Shown here in pieces: positions 1 through 12,471 of a stretch of DNA of 64,000 nucleotides. The position numbers and the translations under genes are program-made. This stretch comes from Malacoraja senta (Eukaryota): the NCBI GenBank assembly GCA_038087875.1, contig CM075990.1:12402001-12466000 (forward strand). The letters are read 5' to 3'. The notes beneath the pieces were generated by a model. That model was not told the origin of the DNA, searched no databases, and worked only from the letters and a program-made list of their open reading frames with translations. Within the stretch, counting starts at the first letter, position 1. Each line of letters opens with the position of its first letter.

Positions 1-63
1 AGAGACACAAAGTACTGGAGTAACTCAGCAGGTCAGGCAGCATCCCTGGAGGAATGGATAGGT

Positions 64-420
64 CATAGAGTGAAATAGTGTGGAAACAGGGCCTTCGTCC
101 CAACTTGCCCACACCGGCCAACATGTCCCAGCTACACTAGTCCAACCTGCCTGCGCTTGGTCCATATCTCTCCAAACCTGTCCTATCCATGTACCTGTCT
201 AACTTTTTCTTAAACGTTGGGATAGTCCCAGCCTCAACTACCTCCTCTAGCAGAATGTTCCATACACCCACCACCCTTTGTGTGAAAAAGTTACCCCTCA
301 GATTCCTTTTAAATCTTTTCCCCTTCACCTTGAACCTATGTCCTCTGGTCCTCGATTGCCCTACTCTGGGCAAGAGATCCTGTGCATCTACCCGATCTAT
401 TCCTCTCATGATTTCATACA
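64..420 (-). mobile_element. CR1-clade LINE 3' fragment inserted in a palindromic element
   Basis: ORF C-terminus RTRGH...FFTQRVVGVWN...FKKKLDRYM plus the conserved CR1 3' tail. Confidence 0.85.
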
Positions 421-554
421 TGATTTTCGGTGATGTCGATAGGGGTCCAAAGAAAATTCCCGACCCGAAACGTCACCTGTCCGTGTTCTCCAGGCATGCT
501 GCTGGAATTGCTCCTGCACTTTGTGTCTTTGAAACTAAATCTTATTTAATCATT

Positions 555-857
555 GGGTGGCCTGGTGGTGTTGCGGTAGAATTGCTGCCTTACAACGCCA
601 GAATTTGATGCTGACTACAGTGCTGTCTGTACGGAGTTTGTACGTTCTCCACGTGGCCTGTGTGGATTTTCTCCGGGAGCTCCAGTTTCCTCCCACCCTC
701 CAAAGATGTGCAGCTTTGTAGGTTAATTGGCTTCAGTAAAATCGTAAATTGTCCCTAGTGTGTATAGGATAGTGTTGGTGTGCGGGAATCAGTGGTCGGT
801 GCAGACTCGGTGGGCCGATGGGCCCGTTTCTGCGCTGAATCACTAAATTAACTAAAC
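555..857 (+). mobile_element. tRNA-derived SINE (HE1/V-SINE-like) with CR1-like tail
   Basis: Degenerate tRNA-like head, core TGCTGTCTGTACGGAGTTTG...TTTCCTCCCAC, tail GGTGGGCCGA..GGCC.GTTTC and (CTAAA)n. Confidence 0.8.
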
Positions 858-3243
858 ATCAAGAAAATGTTAATTCTTGGTCAAATCAGGGATGGAATGG
901 AACATTGTTATAAATGTAACCTGGTTCTGGCCTATTGTAGACACATTAAATGGGGGAGAGAAATTAAAGTAGTGCTGAGTTGCAAAGCTGTGTTGATGTT
1001 TGTACTGTTTGTACTGTTAGTTACATGGCAACTAACAAAAAGTGTTCCCACTACATTAACAGTTTTGCTGATGTACCGTAGCCTGCGGAATCTCATCCTA
1101 TTGCTGCTGTAAACATTCCCAGCCCTTTTGGAATCGTGCAATAATAATTGCAGAAGGCCATTCGATCCTTACATCTGTCAAAGATAAATCCGTGTAGTCC
1201 TCTCCCCGTTCATTCTCACAGCCCTGCATTTTGTTTATTTTTGGGAATCTATCTGATTTCCATTTGAAAGCTACTATGGAATCTGATCCCACTGCCCCTT
1301 CAGGTAGTATATTGGAAAACACAGCTCAGTACATAAATACATTCTGGGAGAACCTCTTTTAACAAGCACGTACAGGATGCACCAAATGATAAAATCATGT
1401 CATCAATTTTCTCTGGTTCAATGAATTAGCTTTAATCTGTTGCCTTCCAATTACAGAATGGCCTGCTATTGGATGCACTTTCTTGTTATTGAAAACCTGT
1501 GCTGAATCTCTTAATCATTTTCTCTCTCTGAATGGCCCGAGCACTTCCAGTCAGTCCATATACCGTAAGTTAGAGGGCTGTAGGGGAAAAATACACAGGC
1601 TACAGTTTTAGCTGCTAGTGAAAGATCAACGGAAATTTTTGTTACCTTTTCACTCACATGATCACTCCAGTAGTCAGCGTTTGATCCTCAATATGTTCTT
1701 CGTAACGTGGCCAGGATCATGTTAGCATCAGACGCCTGAAACATAGATAAAAGTCATTTGTACGCTCAAAAAGCAAGGGTCACGTGTATAAATGTGCGTC
1801 AGAGCAGAAAAACTCTGCCGTGCTTTCAGAAAGTTTTATATTTAGACAAGTTCTTATTGAATTATTTAAGGGCAAGTTGACAAATTTAAAGCAATTGGTG
1901 TTTTTATCACCTTTGCGCTAAACCCAAGTGATTCATGCCTTTTCTACAGCATGTGACCGAAATCAGTGTAAACTGTGTGTTGGTTCATATAACCATTATA
2001 ACTTGGATCAAGAAAAAAACAGGTGACCTTGTGCTGGACAATCATACAGCAGCAACGTTAAAAACCTTGCCTGCGCTCTCAGGAGGATATAAAATATCAC
2101 ATAGCATGATTTTAACCTACTTTGGTATCTAAGTTAAATAGGCACTTCTATAATTTTAAGCCAGTGGGTTGTCTTGTGTTTACTATGTGCCATTAGTTAA
2201 TTTATGCATCGTGCAATGATACCCAAAGCATCACATCAAAACCCTGCCCGCTGTGTCTGATAGCAGTAAAGGACTATATAGGTAATATCTTGTGAATAAC
2301 CTGGAGAGACACACTATCCTGAGACACTGAGAAGTACCTATCCATGCAACACCACCACCCACCCTATCATGGTATTGCTCATTGTAGAATCCTCTGTAGA
2401 ATAAGCTAGCAGTCCCACTGTCCTGGTGAAGGTGCCTGCCTCAGACTCCACAGCTGATCAACAGTCATTTCATTCCACTGTGGGCTATGAATCCAATTCT
2501 TAACAGGCAGGAGATAGCTGCAGCCTTTACGGAGATGTAAATCAAATCTCAGTCAAAGGCTACTCGAAGAATCTGGACAGACAATCAGAGTGGAGTCAGC
2601 CTCCCCCTCCCCAGTTATCCTCTACGTAATAAAGACAATTTAGCAAACAGGAGATCCCGGGGGATGGGGAGGGGGGGGGGGGGGTTGTGACCTGCCGCCC
2701 ATCCTTTAAGCTGCAGTCAAACTGGATCTCAGGGGACTGGGGAGACAATGGGAGGATTACGTGACCTCCGATATAAAGAGCAGGTTAATGTGCAATATAA
2801 ACAGAGTACAATAACCAAGAACAACGATGATTTATATCGACTGGTTGAAATTGGCCATAACTCAGCTGGGAGCTATCCGCTGACTAGTAGGGGTGTTAAT
2901 CAGATAACACGGCTCTTCATCAAATTTCCTCTGTCACTTAACCAGCACCACTACTTTTTGAGGTATGTCGCTCAGTGATTAATGGGAAGCCCTTCAGATC
3001 CTCTGATAGTTAGCGGTGATAAAATGTAGACTCAGGTCCTCATGGGCAGCATGAAGTCACCTTGCTTTTCTTCAAATTCTTCAGTGCTAATCCTTTTTAT
3101 TCTTTTACAGAAACCTTTTTCTTTGCTGATGAAACATTACAAAAAATCAGGGACAGCCTAGTAGCTGGGTCAAGAACCTGTTCCTATTTTAAGAGGAAAA
3201 TAGCAAATTTAGCAAAACTTGGAGTGCCCCTGTCACTCAGTAA

Positions 3244-3825
3244 AAGGCCCGTCTCACGAGTCTGCGGTCATTGGCGGTGAAACGGGAAGAATCTGCCGCC
3301 ATAGACCGCGCACTCGTGAGAACGCACAATTCCGGGGCCGTGCGGCGGTGTTCCCAACACCGCACGGTGCTAAAATAAAACCTACACTGTTGAAAAATAT
3401 TTTCCTACCGCACAGTCTCCGCCAGTGAGGCACGAGTGCGGCACGGCCGCCCGCACGGCCGCCGCCAGTGTGGCTCGAGCGCCGTGCGTCAAACTTGCAC
3501 TGCCACAGCCTCCGCCAGTGAGGCACGTGTGCGGCACGGCCGCAGGCACAGCCACCGCTACAGCGCCGCGATCAGGACGGCCGCCGCCACAGCCGCCGCT
3601 AGTGAGTCACGTGCGGCAGGCCGACGTCATCGCAGTCGGCCCGCCCTTTTTTTAACTTACCGCAAGCACGTGGGACCAGCCGTAATTGAATCACTCGGCC
3701 CCCGCGCAGCATCCGTGCGGCGCTCCCGTGGATAGGCTCGGCGCCCTCGCCGTTGCCGTGCGGTCCACTCTACAGGCGAAGCCGCGCTTCACCGCCGATG
3801 ACCGCAAACACGTAAGACAGAGCCT
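3244..3825. mobile_element. Non-autonomous TIR element (PIF/Harbinger-like MITE), CpG-rich interior
   Basis: ~38-bp imperfect TIRs (..GTCTCACGAGTCTGCGGTCATTGGCGGTGAA / TTCACCGCCGATGACCGCAAACACGTAAGAC..) flanked by TAA at 3241-3243 and 3826-3828. Confidence 0.75.
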
Positions 3826-4784
3826 TAACTCAGCCATGTCACTGAAATGGTTCAGTTTAGTTTATTGTCACGTGCACCGAGGTGCAGTGAAAAACGTCAC
3901 CCATTCCTTCTCCCCAGAGATGCTGCCTAAGTTACTCCAGCTATTTGTGTCTTTCTTTGGTGGAAAGCTTTTGTTGCGTGCTGAGAACTATATTCTGATG
4001 TAAAATTTTCCACAATGCCCAAATTGAAATCATTTGTCAAGATATTGTGCACAGTGTTGGGTCAGTCCTTCGGCCCATGTGTTCTCTATTCTTCGTTCCT
4101 CCACACAAATCCCCTCCCACCCAACATCAACCAAAATGAGTAGAATTTCTTGAAGCTATTTTGATCTCCGTATTTTCTTCTTCCTGCCTTCTGTTTTGTG
4201 CATTGGTTTTTGTGGGCTTCCACGTTGATGTGAATATAACCAAGAGGTGAAAATTGCACCTCCCACGAGGAGCCATACCCACAGCTCGCTGTGTTGCAGA
4301 AGGTGCTCAAAGAACGCAAGGTGTTTGATGCCGTGCTGTGTGACATCCATTTCTGTTCACCAGAGCATGCAGGGAAGTCATCAAAGGAGCTGATCCCAGT
4401 TTTGCTTCAAGGGTGACTGAGCGCTGAAGGATCAGCTGTAATCTGCGAGACACTCCTCGTGTGTGCACCAGAGTTGGCTCAGAGCATTGGGCAGGCACGA
4501 GCAAAGGGCCATCGTACTGGACAGTGGAGTCGTGAGGAAGCAAGCTTCAATTTACACCAGGTCTAGGAGGAGCCTCTATTCACAAGTAGTGCCATAGAAA
4601 TCTGCCACAGGTACCTGGGTGGACAGCTGGGGTTAGTCCTCTGTCTAACATGTGCAGGACACCCTCATTATGATTGTAACTTAGGTAGCATCACTATGGC
4701 TATTAGAACATTTAATTGCTCTTCTATCCTGCCCAGATCCTTTGGGAAGCCTGCAAAAGTAGTGGAAGTCATCACTTTAGCTTC

Positions 4785-5095
4785 AAGTTTATTACTGTCA
4801 CAAGCACCGAGGTGTAATGAAAAGCATTGATGTGCATGCTATCCAATCAAATAAAATAATACTGTACAGAAATGCAATCAAGCCAAACTCAAATACGATA
4901 GGATAGGTAGAGTGACGGGGAAGATACAAGAGCAGAATGTAGTTCTCAGCGTTATGGTGCAACAGTTTGCAGAGCCAAACTCCAATGCCCATAATGAAGC
5001 AGAGGAGAATTGGACTGTACCCTAGCCTGTGGAAGGACAATACAGAAGCTTGAACACAGAGGGGAAGAAGCCGTTCCTGAGTCTGGTGGTGCGCA
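4785..5095 (-). mobile_element. Rex1/Babar-like LINE 3' end
   Basis: Minus-strand RTTRLRNGFFP..KLL resembles the Rex1-type ORF terminus, followed by an AATAAA-like tail. Confidence 0.55.
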
Positions 5096-6524
5096 TTAAT
5101 GCAATATTTAAAACATAATCTGGACCAGCACGGATGGCTGGTGCTTGTAAATAGGATTTGCATGGGTGGGTGCTTGCTGGGTGGTGTTGATATGATGGGC
5201 CAAACGGCCTCATCTCTGCTGCATGGTTCAAACCATTGATTTATTTGAGTTGGTATTTCAAACCATTACTCAGGTTGATGGGAATGTGAGAGGGAATTGG
5301 TTGCCGGGAAATGAGCGGGACTGTTGGGATTGCTGACCCAGCATAGACTTTGTGGGCTGAATGGCCTCTTCGTACATTATCAGGGAACTTCTGAGAAAGT
5401 GGTGGAAACTGAGTCGCTGACAGGATTTAAGCAGCATCTGGACAACCTTAGCATACTGATCGGCCTAGGCATTGAAGGCTGTGGGCCAAGTGCTGGAAGA
5501 TGGTATTAATATGGATAACTGCCCACTGGTTGGCATGGACATGATGGGCCGAATGGCCTGTTTCCAGCTGTCTCCCTGACTCTACATGAAATGTGACGCT
5601 GCCCAGCTGCAGCACAACATAGATCAAGAACAGAGTGTTTACAGACTGGGGTTTACGTCGACCTTTTCCATTTACAAAGGCATTTTATGAGCACACACTG
5701 GTCTTTCTGTTGCACAGAATGTTATGGTTTTCCACTGTCCGGTTGGTGTTGCCCACAGAATGATCCAACGTTGAAAGCCTTTTATTCAGCCTGATTATTT
5801 CTGACTGGGTTTTATGAAAGGCTTCATTTAGTTTAGGGTTTCCAGAGTGGGAGCTAGGTTTGGTGAATCTAACGTCTTGTTATTTACCTCATGGAGCTGA
5901 TATTTATTGCAATCCTCCCCCCCTAGGCCTTTGGGGTTTAGCCCGGCCTTCATCGCTCTCATATCACCAGGGATTGCCCTCCCATGATCACTGCAACTCT
6001 CCACACTTGTGGCTTTCGTGGAGGGAAATGTTTTTCTAGTGAAATGTTTGGATTTTTGTCATTTATTTCATGGGCGTTTGACTTATGCGACGATACAATG
6101 GTTCACAGTGTCGTTTCTTTTCATTAATTTGGGGATATTCCTTGGGGATTCCCCATCCCACGCTCTTTAATGGGTGTTTAGTAAGTTTTCATTTATTTGC
6201 AGGATATTGGAGTTGCTTGCTAAACTGGCATTCATTGCCGCTCCTTAATTGCCCTTGAAACGGTGTTGATTAGCTGCAGTCTTGAACTGGTTATATGAAC
6301 TTAAGTTTAGTTTGCAGATACAGTGTGGGAACAGGCCCTTCGACCCACCGAGTCCACACCGATCAGCCATGCCCGCACATTAACACTACCCTACACACCC
6401 TAGGAATCCAAGCCAATTAACCTACAAACATGTGCACCTTTGAAGTGTGGTAAGAAACCGAAGATCTCGGAGAAAACCCACACAGTCATGGGGAGAACGT
6501 ACAAACTCCGTACAGACAACCACC

Positions 6525-6888
6525 AGGTACAAAATCATGAGAGGAATAGATCGGGTAGATGCACATTCTCTTGCCCAGAGTAGGGGAATCGAGGACCAGA
6601 GGACATAAGTTCAAGGTGAAGGAGAAACAGATTTAATAGGAATCCGAGGGGTAACTTTTTCACACATAGGGTGGTGGGTTTATGGAACGAGTTGCCAGAG
6701 GAGGAAGTTGAGGCTGGGACTATCCCATTGTTTAAGAAACAGTCAGGCAGGTAATGGATAGGACAGGTTTGGAGGGATATGGACCAAGTGCAGGCAAGTG
6801 GGACTAGTGTAGCTGGGACATTGTTGGGCGGTGTGGACAAGTTGGGCTGAAGGGCCTGTTTCCACACTGTATCACTCGATGACTCTAT
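6525..6888 (+). mobile_element. CR1 3' fragment inserted into a SINE (~6305-6950)
   Basis: CR1 terminal ORF/tail flanked by direct repeat AACCACC (6518-6524, 6889-6895). Confidence 0.8.
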
Positions 6889-7184
6889 AACCACCCATAG
6901 TCAGGATCGAACCCGGGTCTCTGGCGCAGTCGGGCAGTAGCTCTGTGCCACTTGTATATGGAACGAGCTGCCAGAGGAGGTAGTTGAGGCAGCTACTATA
7001 ACGGCATTAAAACACAGACAGATACTGGATAGGAAAGGTTGAGAGGGATATGGGCCAAATGCAGGCAGGTGTGACTAGCTGAGAAATGGGGCATCTGATT
7101 GGCATGGACAAGTTGAGCTGAAGGCCTGTTTCTGAGCTGTATGACTCTATGGTGCTGCCATTACGCTGTTGAGGAAGGAATTGC

Positions 7185-7323
<139 letters not shown>

Positions 7324-8045
7324 TAGATTCTTGATTAGTACGGGGGTCAGAGGATATGGGAAAAGGCAGGAGATTGGGGTTAGGAGGGAGAGATAGATCA
7401 GCCATGATTGAATGGCGGAGTAGACTTGATGGGCCAAATGGCCTAATTCTACTCCTATCACGTATGAATGATGGATGAAGAAGAATGGGCAATAATTGTC
7501 CATATCAGGGGGGTGGCTCCGATAACCTATCAACTTATGACTCTTAGAAGACCTATATATCACACCAAACACATTTCCAGCATCAACCCTTTATTACTAC
7601 ATAAAAAAACTCGTATTAGTTTTTGGACGTTTGCCTTTAACAAATCCAAGATTCCAGCATCCGCAGACACCTGTTTGCTTGCTTGAATTATTCTACATTT
7701 GTCCAATTGACTGTAACTTCGGTTCCAGATTGTTTTTACCAGAATTTTTCCCATCACTGAGATTAAACTGAGCAGTCGATCGTTGCTTGCTTTACTCAGG
7801 GAAAACAATCCAAGTCTTTGAAAATTGAAGAAGGGTCTCGACCTGAAAAGTCACCTATTCCTTTTCTCTAGAGATGCTGTCTGACCCGCTGAGTTACTCC
7901 AACTCCAGTCTATCCAAGTATTCCAACCTCTCCTGACAACTAATATCCTGGAATCCAGGCAGCGTCCTGGTCAACCTCTAGTGCACCTTCTCCAAAGCCT
8001 TATCATCCTTCTTGTAATGGGGGGACCACATTACTTGGGAACTAA

Positions 8046-8435
8046 AGCCCCTGTCCCACTTAGGAGACCTAAACAGCGACCTCTGGTGACCTTGCCCGCC
8101 ACCCAAGGTTTCCATGAGGTCACCAGAGGTTTTGGTCACTCTCCCTAATGGTCGAAAGTGGTTTCCGCGTGGTCGAGGCTTCATCTAGGTTGCTGCTATT
8201 TTTTCATCATGTTTGAAACCGGCCTCGACTAAAAATAGGTCGCCGTTTTAAAAATCAATAATGTTTTAGTTGCAGGTCTAGTCGAAGCCGGTTTTCTTCA
8301 TAGTCGAGGAAGGTTTTCAACATATGCGTGGGAGGTGGTAGGAGGTTGCAGGTCACCTCGACCGTGATTTTTTTTTGGGTGGCGGGCAAGGTCACCAGAG
8401 GTTGCTGTTTAGGTCTCCTAAGTGGGACAGGGGCT
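8046..8435. mobile_element. PIF/Harbinger-like MITE
   Basis: ~60-bp near-perfect TIRs starting AGCCCCTGTCCCACTTAGG; TAA flanks at 8043-8045 and 8436-8438. Confidence 0.85.
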
Positions 8436-9428
8436 TAAATTGCAACCTCCATCTTGTTGAAAACTGTGTCATTCTTGTGCGTTCTATATATTATCAGGCA
8501 TTCATTTGAAGGGAGAGAATATTAAATGTGGTCATTCACACAATTTGGTTCAATCTGGATCTTTGTCGCTGCCGTTATTTTCTGGAAGACCCCACCTATT
8601 ATGCTGTGGAATTCCTTGGGAGTTCTCAAGTCTGCTGTTGTAACTTCTACTTGAGATAGCTGCAAACATTTAGGCTGATACTCCCAACGCTGGTCAGGGG
8701 ATGCATCTTCAAGATAGAATGTGAAACTGCAGTCATGTCCGCCCTCTCAGTTAACATAGAATATAGAACAGTACAGCTGAAGAACAGGGCCCTTTGGCCC
8801 AAAGTGTTCGTTGCCAAGCACGATGCCAAGATCATCTCTTATCTACCTGCACATAATCCATATTCCTCCATTCCTTGCATATCCACAGTGCCTATCTAAA
8901 AGCCTCTTCAATGACACTATCGTTTCTGCCTCAACCACCAACCCTGGCAGCGCGATCTAGGTACTCACCACCCACTGTGCAAGTTGACCCAGCTGGGGTT
9001 GGGGGTCACCGAGAACAAAGAAGGACCAAGCAGAAGTGGGGGTTGTGGGGGGGGGGGGTCGGGGGGGGGGTCTAGGCTGCCAAGAACAAAGAGGGACCAT
9101 TGGGACTCTAATGAGTCAGTGGATATTTTTACGGCAGAGATAGACAAATTCTTGATTAGAACGGGTGTCTCGGGTTATGAGGAGAAGGCAGGAAAATGGG
9201 ATTAGGAGGCAGAGATCAGCCGTGATTGAATGGCGGCGTAGACACGATGGGCCGAATGGCCGAATTCTACCCCTATAACGTGAACTTGTGAGTACTTTTG
9301 TAACTTCGTCGGCATCAAATACGTGGCGTCCCTTTGCGTACTTTGTGCATTGTATGCAAACTTATAAAATATATAAAATATATTATTTTTTTAAAAAGTA
9401 TCGTTGAATATCGTTTAAAATTTGCCCA

Positions 9429-9868
9429 TTTCAAAACTTCATGGATATCAAAGGTTTAGAGGGATCTGGGGCAAACGCAGGCAAGTGGGACGAGCTTACA
9501 TGGAGATCTTGGTTGGCATGGATGAGTTGGGCTGAAGGGCCTGGTTCCGTGCTGACGAAAACCAGAGAATCTTTTCTGTCTAGCTTTCTTTAAGGTGAAG
9601 TAAGTAAGTGAGTTTATTGGCCAAGTATTCACATGCAAATTCCTTGTAAAACACTTGGCCAATAAACTAACTTACTTACTTACTTCACCTTAAAGAAAGC
9701 TAGACAGAAAGGATTCTCTGGTTTTAGAGTCATAGAGTCATTCAGCACGGAACCAGGCCCTTCAGCCCAACTCATCCATGCCAACCAAGATCTCCATGTA
9801 AGCTCATCCCACTTGCCTGCGTTTGCCCCAGATCCCTCTAAACCTTTAATATCCATGAAGTTTTGAAA
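9429..9868. repeat. ~440-bp fold-back inverted repeat (arms ~200 bp)
   Basis: TTTCAAAACTTCATGG... mirrored by ...CCATGAAGTTTTGAAA; centre near 9640. Confidence 0.92.
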
Positions 9869-10339
9869 AAGAGTAGGGAGTTTTTCAATGTGTAAGAAGG
9901 AACTGCAGATGCTGGTTTAAACCAAAGATAGACACAAAAAGCTGGAGTAACTCAGGCAGCATCTCTGGAGAGAAGGAACGGGTGACGTTTCGGGTCGAGT
10001 CCCTTCTCCAGACCGTACACCATTTTTCAATAGTGTGCTGACCTCGCAATTGGTGCCAATATAAGCAAATGATGCACTAATTCTAACATTATTCTTATCG
10101 AGTAGGTTGCGGGGGCTTCTGCGTACAATTTAGTTGCAGCATTCCAAGGGACTATACTTCAGAAGTATTTCATTACCCGCAGAGTGCTGGTGTAATGACA
10201 GAAAGCATGCATGTGCAACTCTTCATCTTTCTACTTTCAAAATACACCTTAAATCCTTCCTCTTGGAGCCCTTTGGGCACTTTGCAACTTGAAGGAACTG
10301 ACAAGGATTACTAGTTATAAGGATGAGTTGTGGGGGGAG

Positions 10340-10730
10340 GAAGCATCTCATTGAAACCTCCCCAATAATGAAAGGCGTAGATAGAATGGATGTGGAGAGG
10401 ATGTTGCCAGTAGGGGTTGGAGAGCCTAGGACCAGTGGGCACAGCCTCAACATTAAAGGGCATACATTTAGAACAGAGATGAGGAGGAATTTCTTTACCC
10501 AGAGGGTGATGTATCTGTGGAAGTCATTGCCACAGGCAGCTGTGGGAGACAAGTCATTGGGTATTTTAAAAGCAAACTTTGATAGGTTCATGATTAGTAA
10601 CGGCATCAAAGGTTGCAGTGAGAAGGCAGGAGAATGGGGTTGAGAGGGAACAATAGAACACCCATGATCAAATGGCGGAGCAGATTCAATGGACCAAATG
10701 GTCTAATTCTGCTCCTGTGTCTTATGAAGT
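10340..10730 (+). mobile_element. CR1 LINE 3' fragment
   Basis: LIET..IMKGVDR...RTSGHSL...FFTQRV plus 3' tail. Confidence 0.85.
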
Positions 10731-11867
10731 TATGTTTAAGAAGGAACTGCAGATGCTGGAAAATTGAAGGTAGACAAAAATGCTGGAGAAACTCAGCGGG
10801 TGAGGCAGCATCGATGGAGCAAAGGAAATAGGCAACGTCTCGATCCGAAACTTTGCCTATTTCCTTCGCTCCATAGATGCTGTCTCGCCCGCTGAGTTTC
10901 TCCAGCATATTTTCATCATGAACCTATGGTCTTATTGGGCATTTATCGAAAAACAATTAGCCTGCATGCAGTCAACACAACATTAGCAAGGTTTATCGGT
11001 TAAATCCTGTGGGATTAAAAATGCAGTCCCCTGCCAGTAAACAACATATTCCATAAAAATCCAGACGGGAACTTCTGCATCAGATGGGGAGAAACTTTCT
11101 CACAGTTGACCCAGTCCCCAAAGCACTGACACTGGTTAAATTAACCTTATCAGAAGAATGCCTTTACCTGAGGTTCATGAGCAGCTGCTGAATGATCTCT
11201 CTCTCTCTCTCTCTCTCTCTCTTTTCCACACTCACCGCTTCGTCAGGCAGAGCTGCATGTTATAGGGCCGGAGGTGGTGGGAGAGCAGGGGGTGGAGAGG
11301 ATTCAGTGGCGGCAGCTCTGTAGCTCTCAGCCCACACTGGCCTGAGGCAGCTCAGCTCAGCTCTGCGTTCGATGAACTTTCGTTACGTTTTCCTTTTGCC
11401 CTGGAGAACTGCCCGCGGGGAGGTTGGTCTGTCCGCCGACTGCCTTTAAAGGAGTTTGCATTCCCTCCATGATTCCTTGCAGGATGGAATATTCCAGAGC
11501 TGGGGCCACTGCCTGTCTGCAAGTCCTGGTGCGATCAGCTGAGTGGAGGGATTGCCAACTCTCCAGGAAAGTCCCGGGTTAACCACGAGTTTGCTAATCT
11601 CCACAGTTAGAGACAGCTTCAGCTCGACAGCAACACCTCTACACCAAAGAGCTACAACTGGGGGAGAGAACTCATAAGAGCCCTTTTAAAACAAAATGTG
11701 CGTGTGTTTAACGGTAACAGTGGTGCAGCTGGTAGAGCTGTTGTCTTGTAACCCCAGTGACCCAGGTCTAATTCTGACCTCCAGTGCTGTCTGTGTGGAT
11801 TTTTCACATTATCCCTGCACCACGTGGGTTTTCCCTGGGAGAACCAGTTTACCCGCACATCCTAGAA

Positions 11868-12471
11868 CAGGGGTGGGGAACCATTTCATGGTGGAATGCC
11901 GCATTAAGTTAGCTGTAATCTAATAAGGCCGCATCCAAGATACTTCAATTAGATATACTTCAAAATGTACATTATTTTGTTAAAATAGCCCCCATGACTG
12001 ACTAACGTTTTAATTGTGGCCGTCAGTTGGGGAGGATTATTTCGTTGAAACTTCTTTTACTCTTTGGTATTTTAAATACGTTCATTTTAAGATTAAAATT
12101 AAAATAATAAAAGACAAACAAAATCATATTAATAAAAATAAAAGGTAGACAAAAATGCTGGAGAAACTCAACGGGTGAGGCAGCATCAAAGGAGCGAAGG
12201 AAATAGGCGACGTTTCGGGTCGAGACCCTTCTTCAGTCTGAAGAAGAGTCTCGACCCGAAACGTCGCCTATTTCCTTCGCTCCATAGATGCTGCCTCACC
12301 CGCTGAGTTTCTCCAGCATTTTTGTCTACCTTCGATTTTCCAGTATCTGCAGTTCCTTCTTAAATAAAATTAAGAGGATTTGTTCTACAAAATTTGGATT
12401 CATTCAAAAGGCCGCACTTAATGGCCTAGAAGGCCGCATGCAGCCTTAAGGCCGCAGGTTCCCCACCCCTG
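11868..12471. mobile_element. hAT-like non-autonomous DNA transposon inserted in a SINE and interrupted by a palindromic element
   Basis: Perfect 15-bp TIRs CAGGGGTGGGGAACC / GGTTCCCCACCCCTG; degenerate 8-bp flanks. Confidence 0.75.
12142..12362. mobile_element. Palindromic non-autonomous element (Penelope-like terminus derived) with hammerhead-like core; one of >20 full or partial copies in the window
   Basis: Palindrome 12142-12332 centred at 12237; CTGAAGAAG(G/A)GTCTCGACCCGAAACGTC on both strands. Confidence 0.75.

Noticed and set aside
3060..3170. Strong + strand acceptor (tgctaat...cttttacag|) suggesting a CDH23 exon
   Set aside because: Downstream translation has no cadherin motif and there is no good donor; the expected preceding CDH23 exon was not found anywhere in 1-31394.
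3254..3735. Several overlapping GC-rich ORFs and a CpG-island-like patch
   Set aside because: They lie wholly inside a TIR/TAA-bounded MITE with internal repeats; no recognisable domain.
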